Positions 19,877 through 32,137 of a stretch of DNA of 64,000 nt are shown in pieces. Source of the DNA: Alphaproteobacteria bacterium (GTDB lineage: Bacteria; Pseudomonadota; Alphaproteobacteria; UBA828); assembly GCA_965214705.1 (NCBI GenBank), contig CBDCCI010000002.1, forward strand, positions 1,472,001 through 1,536,000, read 5' to 3'. Positions within the stretch are counted from its first letter, which is position 1, and the number at the start of each line of letters is the position of its first letter. The notes under the pieces were generated by a model, which did no database searches, was not told where the DNA came from, and was given only the letters and a program-made list of their open reading frames with translations. Position numbers and translations under genes: made by a program.

Positions 19877-20749
19877 TTGTTCTCCGTCGAACTCCTAGTG
19901 AATGCGCTGATCGCCGGCGTGCTGCTCGGCGGATTCTATGCCGCGGTCAGCCTCGGGCTGACGGTCTCCTTCGGGCAGCTCAACATCGTCAACATCGCCC
20001 ATCCGGCATTCATCATCCTGGGCTCGTACATCGCCTACATGTGCAACAGCCTGTGGGGGCTGGATCCGATCCTGACGGGAATCATATTCATTCCCGTGTT
20101 CTTCCTGATCGGAGCCGGGGCTTACCGGCTTTACTACGAGAGTTTCGAGCGCAAGGACGACGAGGCGCTGCGCGGCCTCGCCTTCTTCTTCGGCGTCATG
20201 TTCATCATCGAGGTCGCGCTCATCATGGTTTACGGCGTGGATTTCCGCACCGTGCAGGCGTCCTACATCGGGCAAAGCTGGAAGGCCGGCGGGATCGGGG
20301 TGCCGACCCGCATGTTCGTGCCGTTTTGCGTCGCCATCGCCATGTTCACCGCGGTCTATCTCTACATGTCGCGCACCTTCAACGGCCGCGCCATCAAGGC
20401 CGTGGCGCAGGATCGGCTCGCGCTGCAGCTCATGGGCGCCGATCCGGTCAAGATCAAGCAGCTCGGCTTCGGTATCAGCATCGGGACCGCCGCGCTGGCG
20501 GGTGCGCTGCTGATCATCATCATTCCGGTCGAGCCGTCGGTTGGCCGGCTCTATATCGGCCAGGTGTTCGCGATCGCCGTCCTCGCCGGGCTCGGATCGA
20601 TCCCCGGCACCCTCGTTGCAGGACTCATCCTCGGCATCGCCGAGAGCCTGGTCTCGACCTTCTTCGGCCCGTCATGGGCGCCCGCCGTGGCCTTCGGCAT
20701 CCTGCTGGCGGCCCTGGCCTTCCGGCCACAAGGACTGTTCGGCCGATGA
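19877..20749 (+). CDS. LivH-like ABC permease
   Basis: SLGLTVSFGQLNIVNIAH, GRAIKAVAQD, FRPQGLFG. Confidence 0.92.
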   Translation: MFSVELLVNALIAGVLLGGFYAAVSLGLTVSFGQLNIVNIAHPAFIILGSYIAYMCNSLWGLDPILTGIIFIPVFFLIGAGAYRLYYESFERKDDEALRGLAFFFGVMFIIEVALIMVYGVDFRTVQASYIGQSWKAGGIGVPTRMFVPFCVAIAMFTAVYLYMSRTFNGRAIKAVAQDRLALQLMGADPVKIKQLGFGISIGTAALAGALLIIIIPVEPSVGRLYIGQVFAIAVLAGLGSIPGTLVAGLILGIAESLVSTFFGPSWAPAVAFGILLAALAFRPQGLFGR

Positions 20750-21720
20750 AGTGGCCTGCGCTGAAGCTCTCGCCCTTCTGGTTCTGCGCCGCCGCCATCG
20801 CGCTGCTCGGCATCGCGGTGACGATCTTCGACCTGTTCAACATCAACACCTTCATCTTCTTCGCGGGCTATGTGGTCCTGCAATACGTAGTTCTCGCGAC
20901 CGCCTGGAACATCATGGGCGGCTACATGGGGTACGTGAATTTCGGCACCGCCGGCTTCTTCGCGGTCGGCGCCTATGCCTCCGTCGTGCTCTACAACCTC
21001 TTCCAGGCGCCGTTGGCTCTGATGATCCCCTTCGCGGGCGTGGTCTGCGCCCTGCTCGGGCTCGCCATGGGCTACCTGACGCTGCGCCTGCGCGGTGTCT
21101 TCTTCGCCATCGCCACCCTCGCGATGGCCATCGTCCTCGAGACGCTCATCATCAATTGGGAGTTCGTGGGCGGCGCCACCGGCGCCTACATCCTGCGCTC
21201 GCGCGAGCAGGCGCCGTTCGGCGACTACATCGAGTTCCTGTTCTTCGTGATGCTCCTGCTCGCGATCTTTGCCGTCTCGGTCGCGCGCTGGCTCGAGCTG
21301 TCGAGGACGGGGCGCGGCTTCATCGCCATTCGCGACGATGAGATTGCCGCCGAATGTGCCGGCGTTCCGACGCTCAGGCTCAAGCTGATCGCGACGACGG
21401 TTTCCGGATTCCTGATGGGTGTCGCCGGTGCGCCGTTCGCGCTCTACGTGAGCTTTATCGAGCCGTCTTCGGCGTTCAATCTCATCTATGCGGTGAACGC
21501 CATCGCGATGCCGATGATCGGCGGCGCCACCACGTGGCTCGGCCCGGTGATCGGCGCTCTGTTGCTCGGCACCGTTCAGCAGGTCGCCACGGTGACGATT
21601 TCCTCGGAGCTCAACCTCTTGATCGTGGGCATCGTCCTGGTGTTCTTCGTGATCGTGGCCCCGGAAGGGATCGTCGGGCTGCTCAAGAAGTGGTTGGGAG
21701 GCCGTCGCGATGACCGCTGA
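20746..21720 (+). CDS. LivM-like ABC permease
   Basis: WNIMGGYMGYVNFG, LRLRGVFFAIATL, AIRDDEIAAE, PEGIVG; ATG 20746 overlaps the upstream stop. Confidence 0.92.
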   Translation: MKWPALKLSPFWFCAAAIALLGIAVTIFDLFNINTFIFFAGYVVLQYVVLATAWNIMGGYMGYVNFGTAGFFAVGAYASVVLYNLFQAPLALMIPFAGVVCALLGLAMGYLTLRLRGVFFAIATLAMAIVLETLIINWEFVGGATGAYILRSREQAPFGDYIEFLFFVMLLLAIFAVSVARWLELSRTGRGFIAIRDDEIAAECAGVPTLRLKLIATTVSGFLMGVAGAPFALYVSFIEPSSAFNLIYAVNAIAMPMIGGATTWLGPVIGALLLGTVQQVATVTISSELNLLIVGIVLVFFVIVAPEGIVGLLKKWLGGRRDDR

Positions 21721-22424
21721 CGCGCTGCTCGACGTACGCGCCGTCACCAAGCGGTTCGGCGGCTTCACGGCGCTGGACCAGATCGACATGGAGGTGAGGG
21801 CGGGCGAGCGCTTCGGCTTGATCGGACCCAACGGCTCCGGCAAGACCACCATGATCAACTGCATCTCGGGGACGCTTGCGAACGAGGGCGGCGAGATCGT
21901 CTTCAAGGGCGTCAAGCTCGACGGCAAGAAGCCCCATCAACGCACGCGGCTGGGCATCGCGCGCTCGTTCCAGATTCCCAAGCCGTTCCGCTCGCTCACG
22001 GTGCTGGAGAACTTAGGAATCGCGCTCGAATTCGCAACCGGCACCAGCCGGTCTGAGGTTCAGGAGCGCGGCATGGCGATCCTGGAGACGATCGGGCTTG
22101 CGGAGCGCGCCCGCGCGAACGCCGGGTCGCTCACGCAAATCGACATGCGCAAGCTGGAGCTCGCGCGCGCGATGGCGACTCAGCCCGAGCTGCTGATTTC
22201 CGATGAAGCGATGGCCGGCCTCTCCTCCACCGAGGTCGACGATATCCTCGATATTCTGTTCAAGCTGAACGAGGGCGGCATCACGATCATCATGATCGAG
22301 CACATCATGCGGGCGGTGATGCGGTTCTCGACGCGCATCGTGGTGTTGGACGCAGGTCGCAAGATCGCGGAGGGCAATCCCGACGAGATCGTCAACGACC
22401 CCGAAGTCGAGAGGGCCTATCTCG

Positions 22425-22432
<8 letters not shown>
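21710..22432 (+). CDS. LivG-like ABC ATP-binding protein
   Basis: GPNGSGKTT Walker A, LELARA, DEAMAG, IEH. Confidence 0.93.
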
Positions 22433-23156
<724 letters not shown>

Positions 23157-23285
23157 GACGAGCACCGGTAACACGTCGCCCACACCGTTGCCGCAAGGGA
23201 CGCCCTGACATACGCTTGCCGGCCCCGGCTGCCGTCTGGTCCGACCATTGCGGCGGCTTGCCAGCCCTCAACATGGAGACGCAGC

Positions 23286-24683
23286 ATGTCGCTCGATCAG
23301 GCCCAAAACATCTCGCTGGAGGAGCTCGACAAGCAGGTCCTGCTCCACCCGGTCACCTCCATCGCCGAGCATCAAGACGCAGGCCCCGTCATCTACGGCA
23401 AGAGCGGTGGGGTGAAGGTCTACGACCGCCAGGGCAAGGGTTACATCGACGCAGCAGCGGCGCTCTGGTGCGTCAACATCGGCTACGGGCGGACGAAGCT
23501 TGCCGAGGTCGCGGCCGAGGAGATGGCGCGCATCGGCTTCTTCCATACCTTCGGCGCCGCCTCCAACGAGCCGCAGATCAGGCTCGCCGAGAAGCTGCTC
23601 TCTCTGCTGCACGAGCACGCCGACTGCCACCACATCGGCAAGGTGTTCTTCGGGCTTTCGGGCTCCGACGGCAACGACACCCAGTTCAAGCTGGTACGCT
23701 ATTACAACAACCTACGCGGCCGGCCCGAGAAGAAGAAAATCATCTCGCGCCTCGGCGCCTATCACGGCGTCACCGGCGCGGCGGGCAGCCTCACCGGCAT
23801 CCCGCTCTACCACAAGGCCTTCGACCTGCCCTTCGAGGGCGTGCTCCACACCGACTGCCCGCACTACTGGCGGGAAGGCCTGGAGGGCGAGAGCGAAGAG
23901 GAGTTCGCCGACCGCACGGCCGCATCGCTCGAAGCCATGATCGAGCGGGAAGGGCCCGAGACCATCGCGGCCTTCATCGCGGAGCCGGTGATGGGCACCG
24001 GAGGCGTGATCATTCCGGGTGGCGGCTACTACGACAAGGTGCAGGCGATCCTCAAGAAGCACGATATCCTCTTCATCACGGACGAGGTGATCTGCGGCTT
24101 CGGACGGCTCGGCACCTGGTTCGGCGCGAGCTACTTCGGGCTCAAGCCCGACATGATGACCTTCGCCAAGGGGCTCACCAGCGCCTACTTCCCGATGTCG
24201 GCGGTCGCGATATCGGACGAGGTCTGGCAGGTGCTGGCGGACGGCACGGCCGAGGTCGGCATGTTCGCCCACGGCTTCACCTATTCGGGCCATCCGGTGG
24301 GCGGCGCCGTCGGCCTCGCCAACCTGGAGATCATGGAGTCCGAGAACCTGGTCGCCAACGCGGCCGAGGTCGGCCCCTACTTCAAGCAGTGCCTGATCGA
24401 GCGGGTGGGCGATCACCCCAACGTGGGCGACATCCGCGGCGCGGGCCTCATGCTGGGCGTTGAGTACGCCGCCGAGCGCGGAAGCAAGGCCGCGCCGGAC
24501 ATGACTCCGCCGGCCCATCGGCGCGTCTCGGCCGCAGCGCAAGAGCGCGGAATGCTCACCCGAGCGCTGCCGTTCCTGCCGGTCAACGCCTTCTCGCCGC
24601 CGCTCACCTTCTCGCGGGACGATGTCGACGAGACCGTCGGCATCTTCGGCGAAGCCGTAGAAAGCGTCTTCGGCAAGGGCTGA
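23286..24683 (+). CDS. class III (omega) aminotransferase
   Basis: [39 protein letters not shown] (PLP Lys), HGFTYSGHP. Confidence 0.94.
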   Translation: MSLDQAQNISLEELDKQVLLHPVTSIAEHQDAGPVIYGKSGGVKVYDRQGKGYIDAAAALWCVNIGYGRTKLAEVAAEEMARIGFFHTFGAASNEPQIRLAEKLLSLLHEHADCHHIGKVFFGLSGSDGNDTQFKLVRYYNNLRGRPEKKKIISRLGAYHGVTGAAGSLTGIPLYHKAFDLPFEGVLHTDCPHYWREGLEGESEEEFADRTAASLEAMIEREGPETIAAFIAEPVMGTGGVIIPGGGYYDKVQAILKKHDILFITDEVICGFGRLGTWFGASYFGLKPDMMTFAKGLTSAYFPMSAVAISDEVWQVLADGTAEVGMFAHGFTYSGHPVGGAVGLANLEIMESENLVANAAEVGPYFKQCLIERVGDHPNVGDIRGAGLMLGVEYAAERGSKAAPDMTPPAHRRVSAAAQERGMLTRALPFLPVNAFSPPLTFSRDDVDETVGIFGEAVESVFGKG

Positions 24684-24707
24684 GCCCTCGTTCATAGGGG
24701 CTCCGCC

Positions 24708-26780
24708 GTGGGATTTCGCATCTCCGTCGATACCGGCGGCACCTTTACCGATGTCGTGGCCGGGGGCGACGGGCGGGAGGTGGTGGGCAAGGCACCGACC
24801 ACGCCCGACCGCATCTTTGTCGGCATGCAGGGCGCGCTGGAGAACGCGGCCGAGCAGTTGGACCTGAGCCTGCCTGCGCTGCTCGGCGAGACCGATCTCC
24901 TGATCTACGGCACGACGCGGGCCACCAACGCGATCGTGCAGGGCGCGGTCGCCAAGACCGCGTTCCTGGTCACCGCCGGCTTCCCCGACATCCTTGTGCT
25001 CAAGGAAGGCGGCAAGCACGGGGTCCACGACTTCGAGACCGACTACCCGGACCCCTACATCCCGCAGGCCCACACCTTCGAGATCGACGAGCGCATCGAC
25101 TCCGAGGGCGGAGTGGTGACGCCGCTCGACCGTGAGCAGGCCCGCGCGGCGCTTGCGCTGGTCGAGGAGCGGGGCTTCGAGGCGGTCGCCGTGTGCCTGC
25201 TGTGGGCGGTCGCGAACCCGGCGCATGAGCAGGCGCTCGCCGCGCTGATCGAGGAGGTGCTGCCCTGCGTCCCCTACACGCTCTCGCACCGGCTGATCCC
25301 CATCGTGCGCGAGTACCGGCGCGCGTCGGCCACCGCCATCGATGCCTCGCTCAAGCCACTCATGCAGGCGCACCTCCAGGGCATGGAGGACGACCTGCGC
25401 GCTGCCGGATGCAAGGGGGAGATTTTGGTGAGCACCTCCGTTGGCGGCTGCATGCACGTGGACGAGCTGGTCGAGCGCCCCATCCACACGGTCAAGTCGG
25501 GCCCCGCCATGGCGCCGGTGGCGGCGCTGGCCTACTCGCAGATGGAAGGCTTCGGCGACGATGTGATCGTCTGCGATACGGGCGGCACCACCTTCGATGT
25601 CGGCCTGGTTCGCGACGGTGCGGTAAAGCAGACCCGCGAGACCTGGATCGGCGGTCTGTGGACCGGCCATATCCTCGCAATCTCTTCGGTCGACGTGCGC
25701 AGCATCGGCGCGGGCGGCGGCTCCATCGCCTGGATCGATCCGGGCGGCCTGCTCCGGGTGGGCCCCCGCAGCGCCGGCGCGGTGCCGGGGCCTGCCTGCT
25801 ACGGCGCGGGCGGCACCGAGCCCACGGTCACCGATGCGGCCTTGCTCCTGGGTTATCTCGACCCCGACTACTTCCTCGGCGGCAGGCTCGCGCTCGACGA
25901 AGGCGCGGCGCGGCGTGCGGTCGGCGCGCTCGCCGATCGGCTGGGCAAGTCCTTGGACGACGGGGCGCACGCCATCATGAGCCTCGCCAACGAGCTGATG
26001 ATCAAGGCGATCCAGGACATCACCGTGACCGAGGGCTTCAATCCGCGCGAATGCACGCTGGTCGCGGGGGGCGGCGCGGCCGGCCTCGGCGTCATGGCGA
26101 TCGCGGGCGAGCTCGGCTGCGACAGGGTGATCCTGCCGCGCACCGCCGCCGTGCTCAGCGCCTGCGGAATGCAGGTCTCCGACGTGATTCACGAGCACTC
26201 GGCGAGCATGGTCACGCGCTCAGCCGGCTTCGACTTCGAAGGCGTGAACGCCGTGCTCGAGTCGATCGACGCCGAGCTCGAGCGCTTCGCTGCGACGCTG
26301 GGCGAGCGCGGCCTCGAGACCATGCGGATCGAGCGCTTCGTCGAGGCGCGCTACCTGTTCCAGGTGTGGGAGCTCGACGTGGCGCTGCCGGTCGAGCGCT
26401 TCGAGAACGAGCACGACGTGGCCGCGCTGGTGGAGCGCTTCCACGCCACGCACGAGCAGGTCTTCGCCGTGCGCGATCCCGACAGCATCCTCGAATGCCT
26501 CAATTGGAAGGGGCGGGTCTCCGTCGGCCTCGACGCAGCCGCCCGCCCGCCGTCGATCGCCGGCGCCGGCGGGCCGCCGGAGGCCGACAGCCGCCGGCCC
26601 GCCTATTTCGGTGGCGGTGCGCGTGTGGACACGCCGATCTATCTCGGCCGTAACCTGAGCCCCGGTGCCGCGATCGAAGGCCCCGCGATCATCGAGGAGC
26701 CGACCACCACCATCGTGGTCGACCCCGGCACGCGGACCTGGCTGAGCGAAGCCGGCAACTTCATCCTGGAGGCCCGCTGA
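24708..26780 (+). CDS. hydantoinase/oxoprolinase family subunit A (ATP-binding)
   Basis: VDTGGTFTD, GTTRATNA, SGPA, DTGGTTFD, IGAGGGSI, SAGAVPGPACYG. Confidence 0.93.
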   Translation: MGFRISVDTGGTFTDVVAGGDGREVVGKAPTTPDRIFVGMQGALENAAEQLDLSLPALLGETDLLIYGTTRATNAIVQGAVAKTAFLVTAGFPDILVLKEGGKHGVHDFETDYPDPYIPQAHTFEIDERIDSEGGVVTPLDREQARAALALVEERGFEAVAVCLLWAVANPAHEQALAALIEEVLPCVPYTLSHRLIPIVREYRRASATAIDASLKPLMQAHLQGMEDDLRAAGCKGEILVSTSVGGCMHVDELVERPIHTVKSGPAMAPVAALAYSQMEGFGDDVIVCDTGGTTFDVGLVRDGAVKQTRETWIGGLWTGHILAISSVDVRSIGAGGGSIAWIDPGGLLRVGPRSAGAVPGPACYGAGGTEPTVTDAALLLGYLDPDYFLGGRLALDEGAARRAVGALADRLGKSLDDGAHAIMSLANELMIKAIQDITVTEGFNPRECTLVAGGGAAGLGVMAIAGELGCDRVILPRTAAVLSACGMQVSDVIHEHSASMVTRSAGFDFEGVNAVLESIDAELERFAATLGERGLETMRIERFVEARYLFQVWELDVALPVERFENEHDVAALVERFHATHEQVFAVRDPDSILECLNWKGRVSVGLDAAARPPSIAGAGGPPEADSRRPAYFGGGARVDTPIYLGRNLSPGAAIEGPAIIEEPTTTIVVDPGTRTWLSEAGNFILEAR

Positions 26781-26781
26781 G

Positions 26782-28572
26782 ATGTCATCGCCCGAACCCG
26801 CGCCGGGGACTCTCGACCCGGTCCTTCTTTCGGTGCTCTCCAACCGGCTCGACGGCATCGTGCGCGAGATGTCGAACACGCTGCTCAAGGCCGCGCGCTC
26901 GGCGGTGATCGCCGTGGCGCGGGATTTCTCCTGCGCGATCTGCACCGGCGACAACGAACTGCTGGCTACGGCGGAGGGCCTGCCGGTCCATATCTTCGGC
27001 TCGCACCTGCAGACGCGGGCGATGACCGAGCTGCACGACGATCTCGCCGAGGGTGACGCCTTCCTCCACAACGACCCCTACCTCGGCAACACCCACCCGG
27101 CCGACCACGCGGTGCTGGTGCCTGTCTTCATCGATGGCGAGCACCTGTTCACCGCCTGCGCCAAGGGGCATCAGGCTGACATCGGCAACAGCATCCCCAC
27201 CACCTATCACGCCGCGGCGAAGGACGTGTACGAGGAGGGCTCGCTGATCTTTCCCTGCGTCCGCGTCCAGCGCGACTACGAGATGGTCGACGACGTGATC
27301 CGCATGTGCCGCCGGCGCATCCGAGTGCCGGAGCAGTGGTACGGCGACTTCCTGGCCGAGCTCGGGGCTGCGCGCATCGCCGAGCGGCGCCTGAAGGAGC
27401 TCTGCGCCAAGTACGGCAAGGAGACCATCAAGACCTTCATCCGCGAGTGGTTCGACTATTCGGAGCGCCGCATGGTGCAGGCGATCAAGGAGCTGCCGAA
27501 GGCCGAGGTCGAGGCGGAGGGCGTGCACGATCCCTTCGAGCCCTTCCTGCCGGACGGCATCCCGATCAAGGTCCAGCTCCGCATCGATCCCGAGGAGGGC
27601 CGGGTCACCATCGACCTCCGCGACAACATCGACTGTCTCGACTGCGGCCTTAACGAATCCGAGGCCTGCGCGATCAACAACGTCGTGGCCGGCCTCTTCA
27701 ACTGTTTAGGCCCCGAGATACCGCACAACGGCGGGTCGTTCCGCCGCGTGGACGTGCTGCTGCGCGACGGCTGCGTGGTCGGCCGCCCGTCCTTCCCCCA
27801 CTCGACCTCGATGGCGACCACCAACGTCGCCGACCGCTTGGTCAACATCACCCACTCGGCGATGGCCCGGCTCGGCGACGGCTACGGCCTGGCGGAAGGC
27901 GGCAGCGCCATGGGCTCAGGCGGCGCGGTCATCAGCGGCCCGGATTTCAGGCGCGGCGGCGATCCTTACATCAACCAGCTCATGATGCTGGTGAACGGCG
28001 GGCCCGCCGGACCCAAGGCCGACGGCTGGGTCACCTACGTGCTGCCGGTGGTCTCCGGCCTCATGTATCGGGACAGCATCGAGCTCGCCGAGGTGAAGCA
28101 CCCGATGCTGTTCAAGACCGTGCGCCTCATGCCCGGCACCGGCGGCGCCGGTCGCCATCGCGGCGGCCCCGCCTGCGAGGTGGTCTACGGGCCGCGCGAG
28201 GACCCGATGACGGTGGTGATTCCCTCCGACTGTCAGATCAACCCGGCGCGGGGCGCGCAAGGCGGCCACGACGGCGCGCCGGCGGTCCAGTACAGGGTCG
28301 GCGCCAACGGCGACGAGACGCTGCTCCCCAACGTCGTGCAGCTTGCCCTGCAGCCGGGCGAAATGATTCGCGGCTTCGATGCGGGGGGCGGCGGGTACGG
28401 CGACCCGATGGAGCGCGATCCTGAGCGGGTGCGCATGGATGTCGCGCGTGGCTGGGAGACGCCCGAGCGCGCCCGTGATATCTACGGAGTCGTGCTGACC
28501 GGGGACCGGGAAACCGACTCGCTGGCGGTGGATCAGGCGGCGACCGAGGCCCTGCGAGCCACCGGTTCTTGA
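26782..28572 (+). CDS. hydantoinase B/oxoprolinase family subunit B
   Basis: RDFSCA, HNDPYLGNTHPAD, GHQADIG, GGGGYGDP. Confidence 0.93.
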   Translation: MSSPEPAPGTLDPVLLSVLSNRLDGIVREMSNTLLKAARSAVIAVARDFSCAICTGDNELLATAEGLPVHIFGSHLQTRAMTELHDDLAEGDAFLHNDPYLGNTHPADHAVLVPVFIDGEHLFTACAKGHQADIGNSIPTTYHAAAKDVYEEGSLIFPCVRVQRDYEMVDDVIRMCRRRIRVPEQWYGDFLAELGAARIAERRLKELCAKYGKETIKTFIREWFDYSERRMVQAIKELPKAEVEAEGVHDPFEPFLPDGIPIKVQLRIDPEEGRVTIDLRDNIDCLDCGLNESEACAINNVVAGLFNCLGPEIPHNGGSFRRVDVLLRDGCVVGRPSFPHSTSMATTNVADRLVNITHSAMARLGDGYGLAEGGSAMGSGGAVISGPDFRRGGDPYINQLMMLVNGGPAGPKADGWVTYVLPVVSGLMYRDSIELAEVKHPMLFKTVRLMPGTGGAGRHRGGPACEVVYGPREDPMTVVIPSDCQINPARGAQGGHDGAPAVQYRVGANGDETLLPNVVQLALQPGEMIRGFDAGGGGYGDPMERDPERVRMDVARGWETPERARDIYGVVLTGDRETDSLAVDQAATEALRATGS

Positions 28573-28629
28573 GGTGTCGTCTCCCCGCGCTGGCTCCACT
28601 CTTTCGGGTACTACGACGGCAAAATCGGG

Positions 28630-29280
28630 GTGCGAAGAATGACGAGCATGGTGACGGGTCTGAGGATGCCGAGGAGCGCCACCGCAGCAGCCACGACGTG
28701 CATTCTCGCTCTGGCGGCGTTGCTCGCGCTTGGCGGTTGCGGCGCCGGGCCACTCTCCCCCATGGACGAGCCCACGCGGGCCGTCGGCGACGTAGAGGTC
28801 TGGAAAAGCCGGACGGGAACGACCACTCACACGCTCGTGGCGATCGAGACCGACTCGATTCGCTACGAGGTGGCGGAGAGCGGCTGCACCTACACAAGGC
28901 CGCGAGACGGCATCTCGCCATGGACGGCGTGGGAGAACTGCCGGCGCATTCCCGACGGCACTCAGACCGTCACCCTGACTTCCGGGCAAGTGTGGCCGCT
29001 CGAGATCGGACGGACGTGGCGCTACCGCAGAGTCGGATTGGATGCGAGCGCGAACCAGTGGGATGAGGAGGTGCTCTGCAAGGTGACGAAGCAAAGGCGC
29101 GTGGAGCGCTCGGTCGGCTTCTTTCGTACATTTTACACGGTATGCGAGTCGGAGACCGAACGACGCGTTCTCTATATCTCGCCTGACCTCGGGCGAAGCA
29201 TCCGAATCTGGTACACGCGCCTCGACCGGTCCGCGCCGCCCGAAAAGCGGGATCTGGTGCACTTCACACCCGGAAAATAG
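28630..29280 (+). CDS. hypothetical lipoprotein
   Basis: Hydrophobic stretch ending in lipobox LGGC; fills the gap between operons; start uncertain. Confidence 0.6.
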   Translation: MRRMTSMVTGLRMPRSATAAATTCILALAALLALGGCGAGPLSPMDEPTRAVGDVEVWKSRTGTTTHTLVAIETDSIRYEVAESGCTYTRPRDGISPWTAWENCRRIPDGTQTVTLTSGQVWPLEIGRTWRYRRVGLDASANQWDEEVLCKVTKQRRVERSVGFFRTFYTVCESETERRVLYISPDLGRSIRIWYTRLDRSAPPEKRDLVHFTPGK

Positions 29281-29438
29281 AGTGTCGGCGGCGCCCCCTT
29301 CTTAGCGTCTTGCCCTTGCCTACGGTGCGTGCTAACCCTGTCGCCGCTCGCGGCGGCCGCCGCGAGCGTGTCGTGATGGTTGCTCGTTTCTAGGTTCCCG
29401 AAGGCAATCCCATCAGGCAGTTCGAAGGGGGTTCGACC

Positions 29439-29993
29439 ATGGCTGACGCCGCGCCGCCCACGGAAAGCTCGTCCGAGCACGCGGGCACGCGACGCGACTT
29501 CCTGGTGCTCGCGGCCGGCGCCATGGGGGGCATGGCGGTCGTCGGCATCACCTGGCCGCTGATCGAGACCATGAACCCCTCGGCCGACGTGCTCGCTCTG
29601 GCGTCCACCGAAGTCGATCTTTCCGCTATCGAGGAAGGCCAGACCATCGTCGTGAAGTGGCGCGGCCGGCCGGTCTTCGTGCGCTATCGCACGGCGGAGG
29701 AAATCGCCGCGGCGCAGGAGACACCGCTCGACGACCTCTCCGACCCGCAGCCTGATTCGGAGCGGGCGCCGCAAGCGCAATGGCTGATCGTGGAGGGGGT
29801 GTGCACCCATCTCGGCTGCGTGCCGCTCGGCTCCAAGATCGGCGACCCGCGGGGCGAGTTCGGCGGCTGGTTCTGCCCCTGCCACGGCTCGCACTACGAC
29901 ACCTCCGGCCGCATCCGCAAGGGGCCGGCGCCGGCCAACCTGCCGGTGCCGAGCTACGAGTTCCTTGACGACGAACTGGTTCGGATCGGGTAG
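29439..29993 (+). CDS. petA: cytochrome bc1 Rieske iron-sulfur subunit
   Basis: TRRDFL Tat motif, CTHLGC, CPCHGS. Confidence 0.97.
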   Translation: MADAAPPTESSSEHAGTRRDFLVLAAGAMGGMAVVGITWPLIETMNPSADVLALASTEVDLSAIEEGQTIVVKWRGRPVFVRYRTAEEIAAAQETPLDDLSDPQPDSERAPQAQWLIVEGVCTHLGCVPLGSKIGDPRGEFGGWFCPCHGSHYDTSGRIRKGPAPANLPVPSYEFLDDELVRIG

Positions 29994-30006
29994 GGGACCG
30001 CGCCGG

Positions 30007-31293
30007 ATGACGACACCCGTACCGCAGAACCGTGTCGCCCAGTGGATCGAGTACCGGCTGCCGGTCTTCAGCTGGACCAACAAGCACCTCATCGACTATC
30101 CGGCGCCGCGCAACCTGAACTACTGGTGGAACTTCGGCTCCCTCGCCGGGATCATGCTGGTGGTGCAGATCATTACCGGCGTTGTGCTGGCGATGCACTA
30201 CACGCCGCATGCCGATCACGCTTTCGATTCGGTCGAGCACATCATGCGCGACGTGGAGTGGGGCTGGCTCATGCGCTACCTCCACGCCAACGGCGCCTCG
30301 ATGTTCTTCGCCGTGGTCTACATCCACCTCTTCCGTGGCCTCTACTACGGCTCCTACAAGTCGCCGCGCGAGATCCTGTGGTGGATGGGCGTCATCATCT
30401 TGCTGCTCATGATGGCGAGCGCCTTCATGGGCTACGTGCTGCCGTGGGGGCAGATGAGCTTCTGGGCGGCGACGGTGATCACCAACATGACCTCGGCGAT
30501 CCCGTGGATCGGCGAGACGGTCGTCACCTGGCTGTGGGGCGGCTTCTCGGTCGATCACCCCACGCTCGTCCGCTTCTACGCGCTGCACTACCTGCTGCCG
30601 TTCGTGCTCTTCGGCGTGGTCTTCATCCACCTCTGGGCGCTGCACCACCGCAAGTCGAACAACCCGCTCGGCATCGATATCAAGAGCGAGAAGGACACCA
30701 TCCCCTTCCACCCGTACTACACGGTGAAGGACTCGTTCGGGATCGGCGTGATGATGTTCATCCTGCTGATCTTCACCTTCTACATGCCGAACGTGCTGGG
30801 CGAGGTGATCAACTACGAGAAGGCGAACCCGCTGCAGACGCCCGCGCACATCGTGCCGGAATGGTACTTCCTGCCGTTCTACGCGATTCTGCGCGCGATC
30901 CCCGACAAGCTCGGCGGCGTCGTGGCGATGGTCGCCTCGATCTTCATCCTCTTCATCCTGCCGTGGCTCGATTCGTCCCGGGTGCGGAGCGCGCGCTTCC
31001 GCCCGATCTACAAGTGGGCGTTCTGGGTCTTCGTCGTGGATTGCATCGCGCTCGGCTGGGTCGGCGCCAACACGCCCGAGGGCAACTTCATCTGGATCGG
31101 CCAGGTGACCACCGGCTACTACTTCGCGCACTTCCTCATCATCGTGCCGCTCATCGGCAAGTTCGAGCGGCCCACGAAGCTGCCAGAGAGCATCCATCAG
31201 GCGGTGCTGAAAGGTGGGGGTGAGGACGGGACTGCTGCGGCGCCGGCGGATGCTGCGGCTGCGGCACCGGCGGCGTCCGGGGAGAAAACGTGA
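30007..31293 (+). CDS. petB: cytochrome b
   Basis: [31 protein letters not shown]. Confidence 0.97.
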   Translation: MTTPVPQNRVAQWIEYRLPVFSWTNKHLIDYPAPRNLNYWWNFGSLAGIMLVVQIITGVVLAMHYTPHADHAFDSVEHIMRDVEWGWLMRYLHANGASMFFAVVYIHLFRGLYYGSYKSPREILWWMGVIILLLMMASAFMGYVLPWGQMSFWAATVITNMTSAIPWIGETVVTWLWGGFSVDHPTLVRFYALHYLLPFVLFGVVFIHLWALHHRKSNNPLGIDIKSEKDTIPFHPYYTVKDSFGIGVMMFILLIFTFYMPNVLGEVINYEKANPLQTPAHIVPEWYFLPFYAILRAIPDKLGGVVAMVASIFILFILPWLDSSRVRSARFRPIYKWAFWVFVVDCIALGWVGANTPEGNFIWIGQVTTGYYFAHFLIIVPLIGKFERPTKLPESIHQAVLKGGGEDGTAAAPADAAAAAPAASGEKT

Positions 31294-32060
31294 TGCGCGG
31301 CGCCCTCCTCGCCGGGCTGATCGGCGCCTTCGCGCTCTTCGGCGGCAACGCAGCGCTCGCGGCCGGCGACACGCCGAACGTCCCGGATCAGGACTGGCAG
31401 CACGAAGGCGTCTTCGGCACCTTCGACCGGGGCGAGCTACAGCGTGGCTTCCAGGTCTTCCAGGAAGTCTGCTCCGCGTGTCATTCGCTCCAGTACATCG
31501 CCTTCCGCAACCTGGTGGAGATCGGCTTCACCGAGGAGGAGGCGAAGGCGATCGCCGCGGAGTACGAGGTCGAGGACGGGCCCGACGACGAAGGCGAGAT
31601 GTTCGACCGGCCTGCCCGGCTCTCCGATTACTGGCCCTCGCCCTTTGCCAACGACAATGAGGCGCGGGCCGCCAACGGCGGCGCGCTGCCGCCCGACCTC
31701 TCGCTGATCATCAAGGCGCGTGAGGGCGGTCCAGACTACATCTACGCGCTGATGACCGGCTACGAGGAAGAGGCGCCGGAGGGCATGGAGCTTTCCGACG
31801 GCATGAACTTCAACCACTTCTTCCCGGGCCAGCAGATAGCCATGGTGGAGCCTCTCTACGACGAGGCGGTCGAATATGTCGACGGCACGCCCATGACCCT
31901 CGAGCAGCATGCGCGGGACGTGACCGCCTTCCTCTCCTGGACCGCGGAGCCGGAGCTGGAGGAGCGCAAGCAGACCGGCCTCAAGGTGCTGATCTTCGTC
32001 TTCGTGCTCACCGCAGTATTGTTCGTCATCTACAGGCGCGTCTGGGCCAGGCTGCACTAG
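31290..32060 (+). CDS. petC: cytochrome c1
   Basis: RGFQV..EVCSACH, PPDLSL, C-terminal TM anchor. Confidence 0.96.
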   Translation: MMRGALLAGLIGAFALFGGNAALAAGDTPNVPDQDWQHEGVFGTFDRGELQRGFQVFQEVCSACHSLQYIAFRNLVEIGFTEEEAKAIAAEYEVEDGPDDEGEMFDRPARLSDYWPSPFANDNEARAANGGALPPDLSLIIKAREGGPDYIYALMTGYEEEAPEGMELSDGMNFNHFFPGQQIAMVEPLYDEAVEYVDGTPMTLEQHARDVTAFLSWTAEPELEERKQTGLKVLIFVFVLTAVLFVIYRRVWARLH

Positions 32061-32137
32061 CGCAACGTCACACCCCCTCGTCGGGCCGGGCGTGACGGCG
32101 GGGCAGGCCGCCGGAACGAACGTGGAGGGAGTGAACC

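Noticed and set aside
32061-32137. Possible ZTP or THF riboswitch before fhs
   Set aside because: Only a weak CGTCAC/GTGACG hairpin; conserved riboswitch motifs not found.
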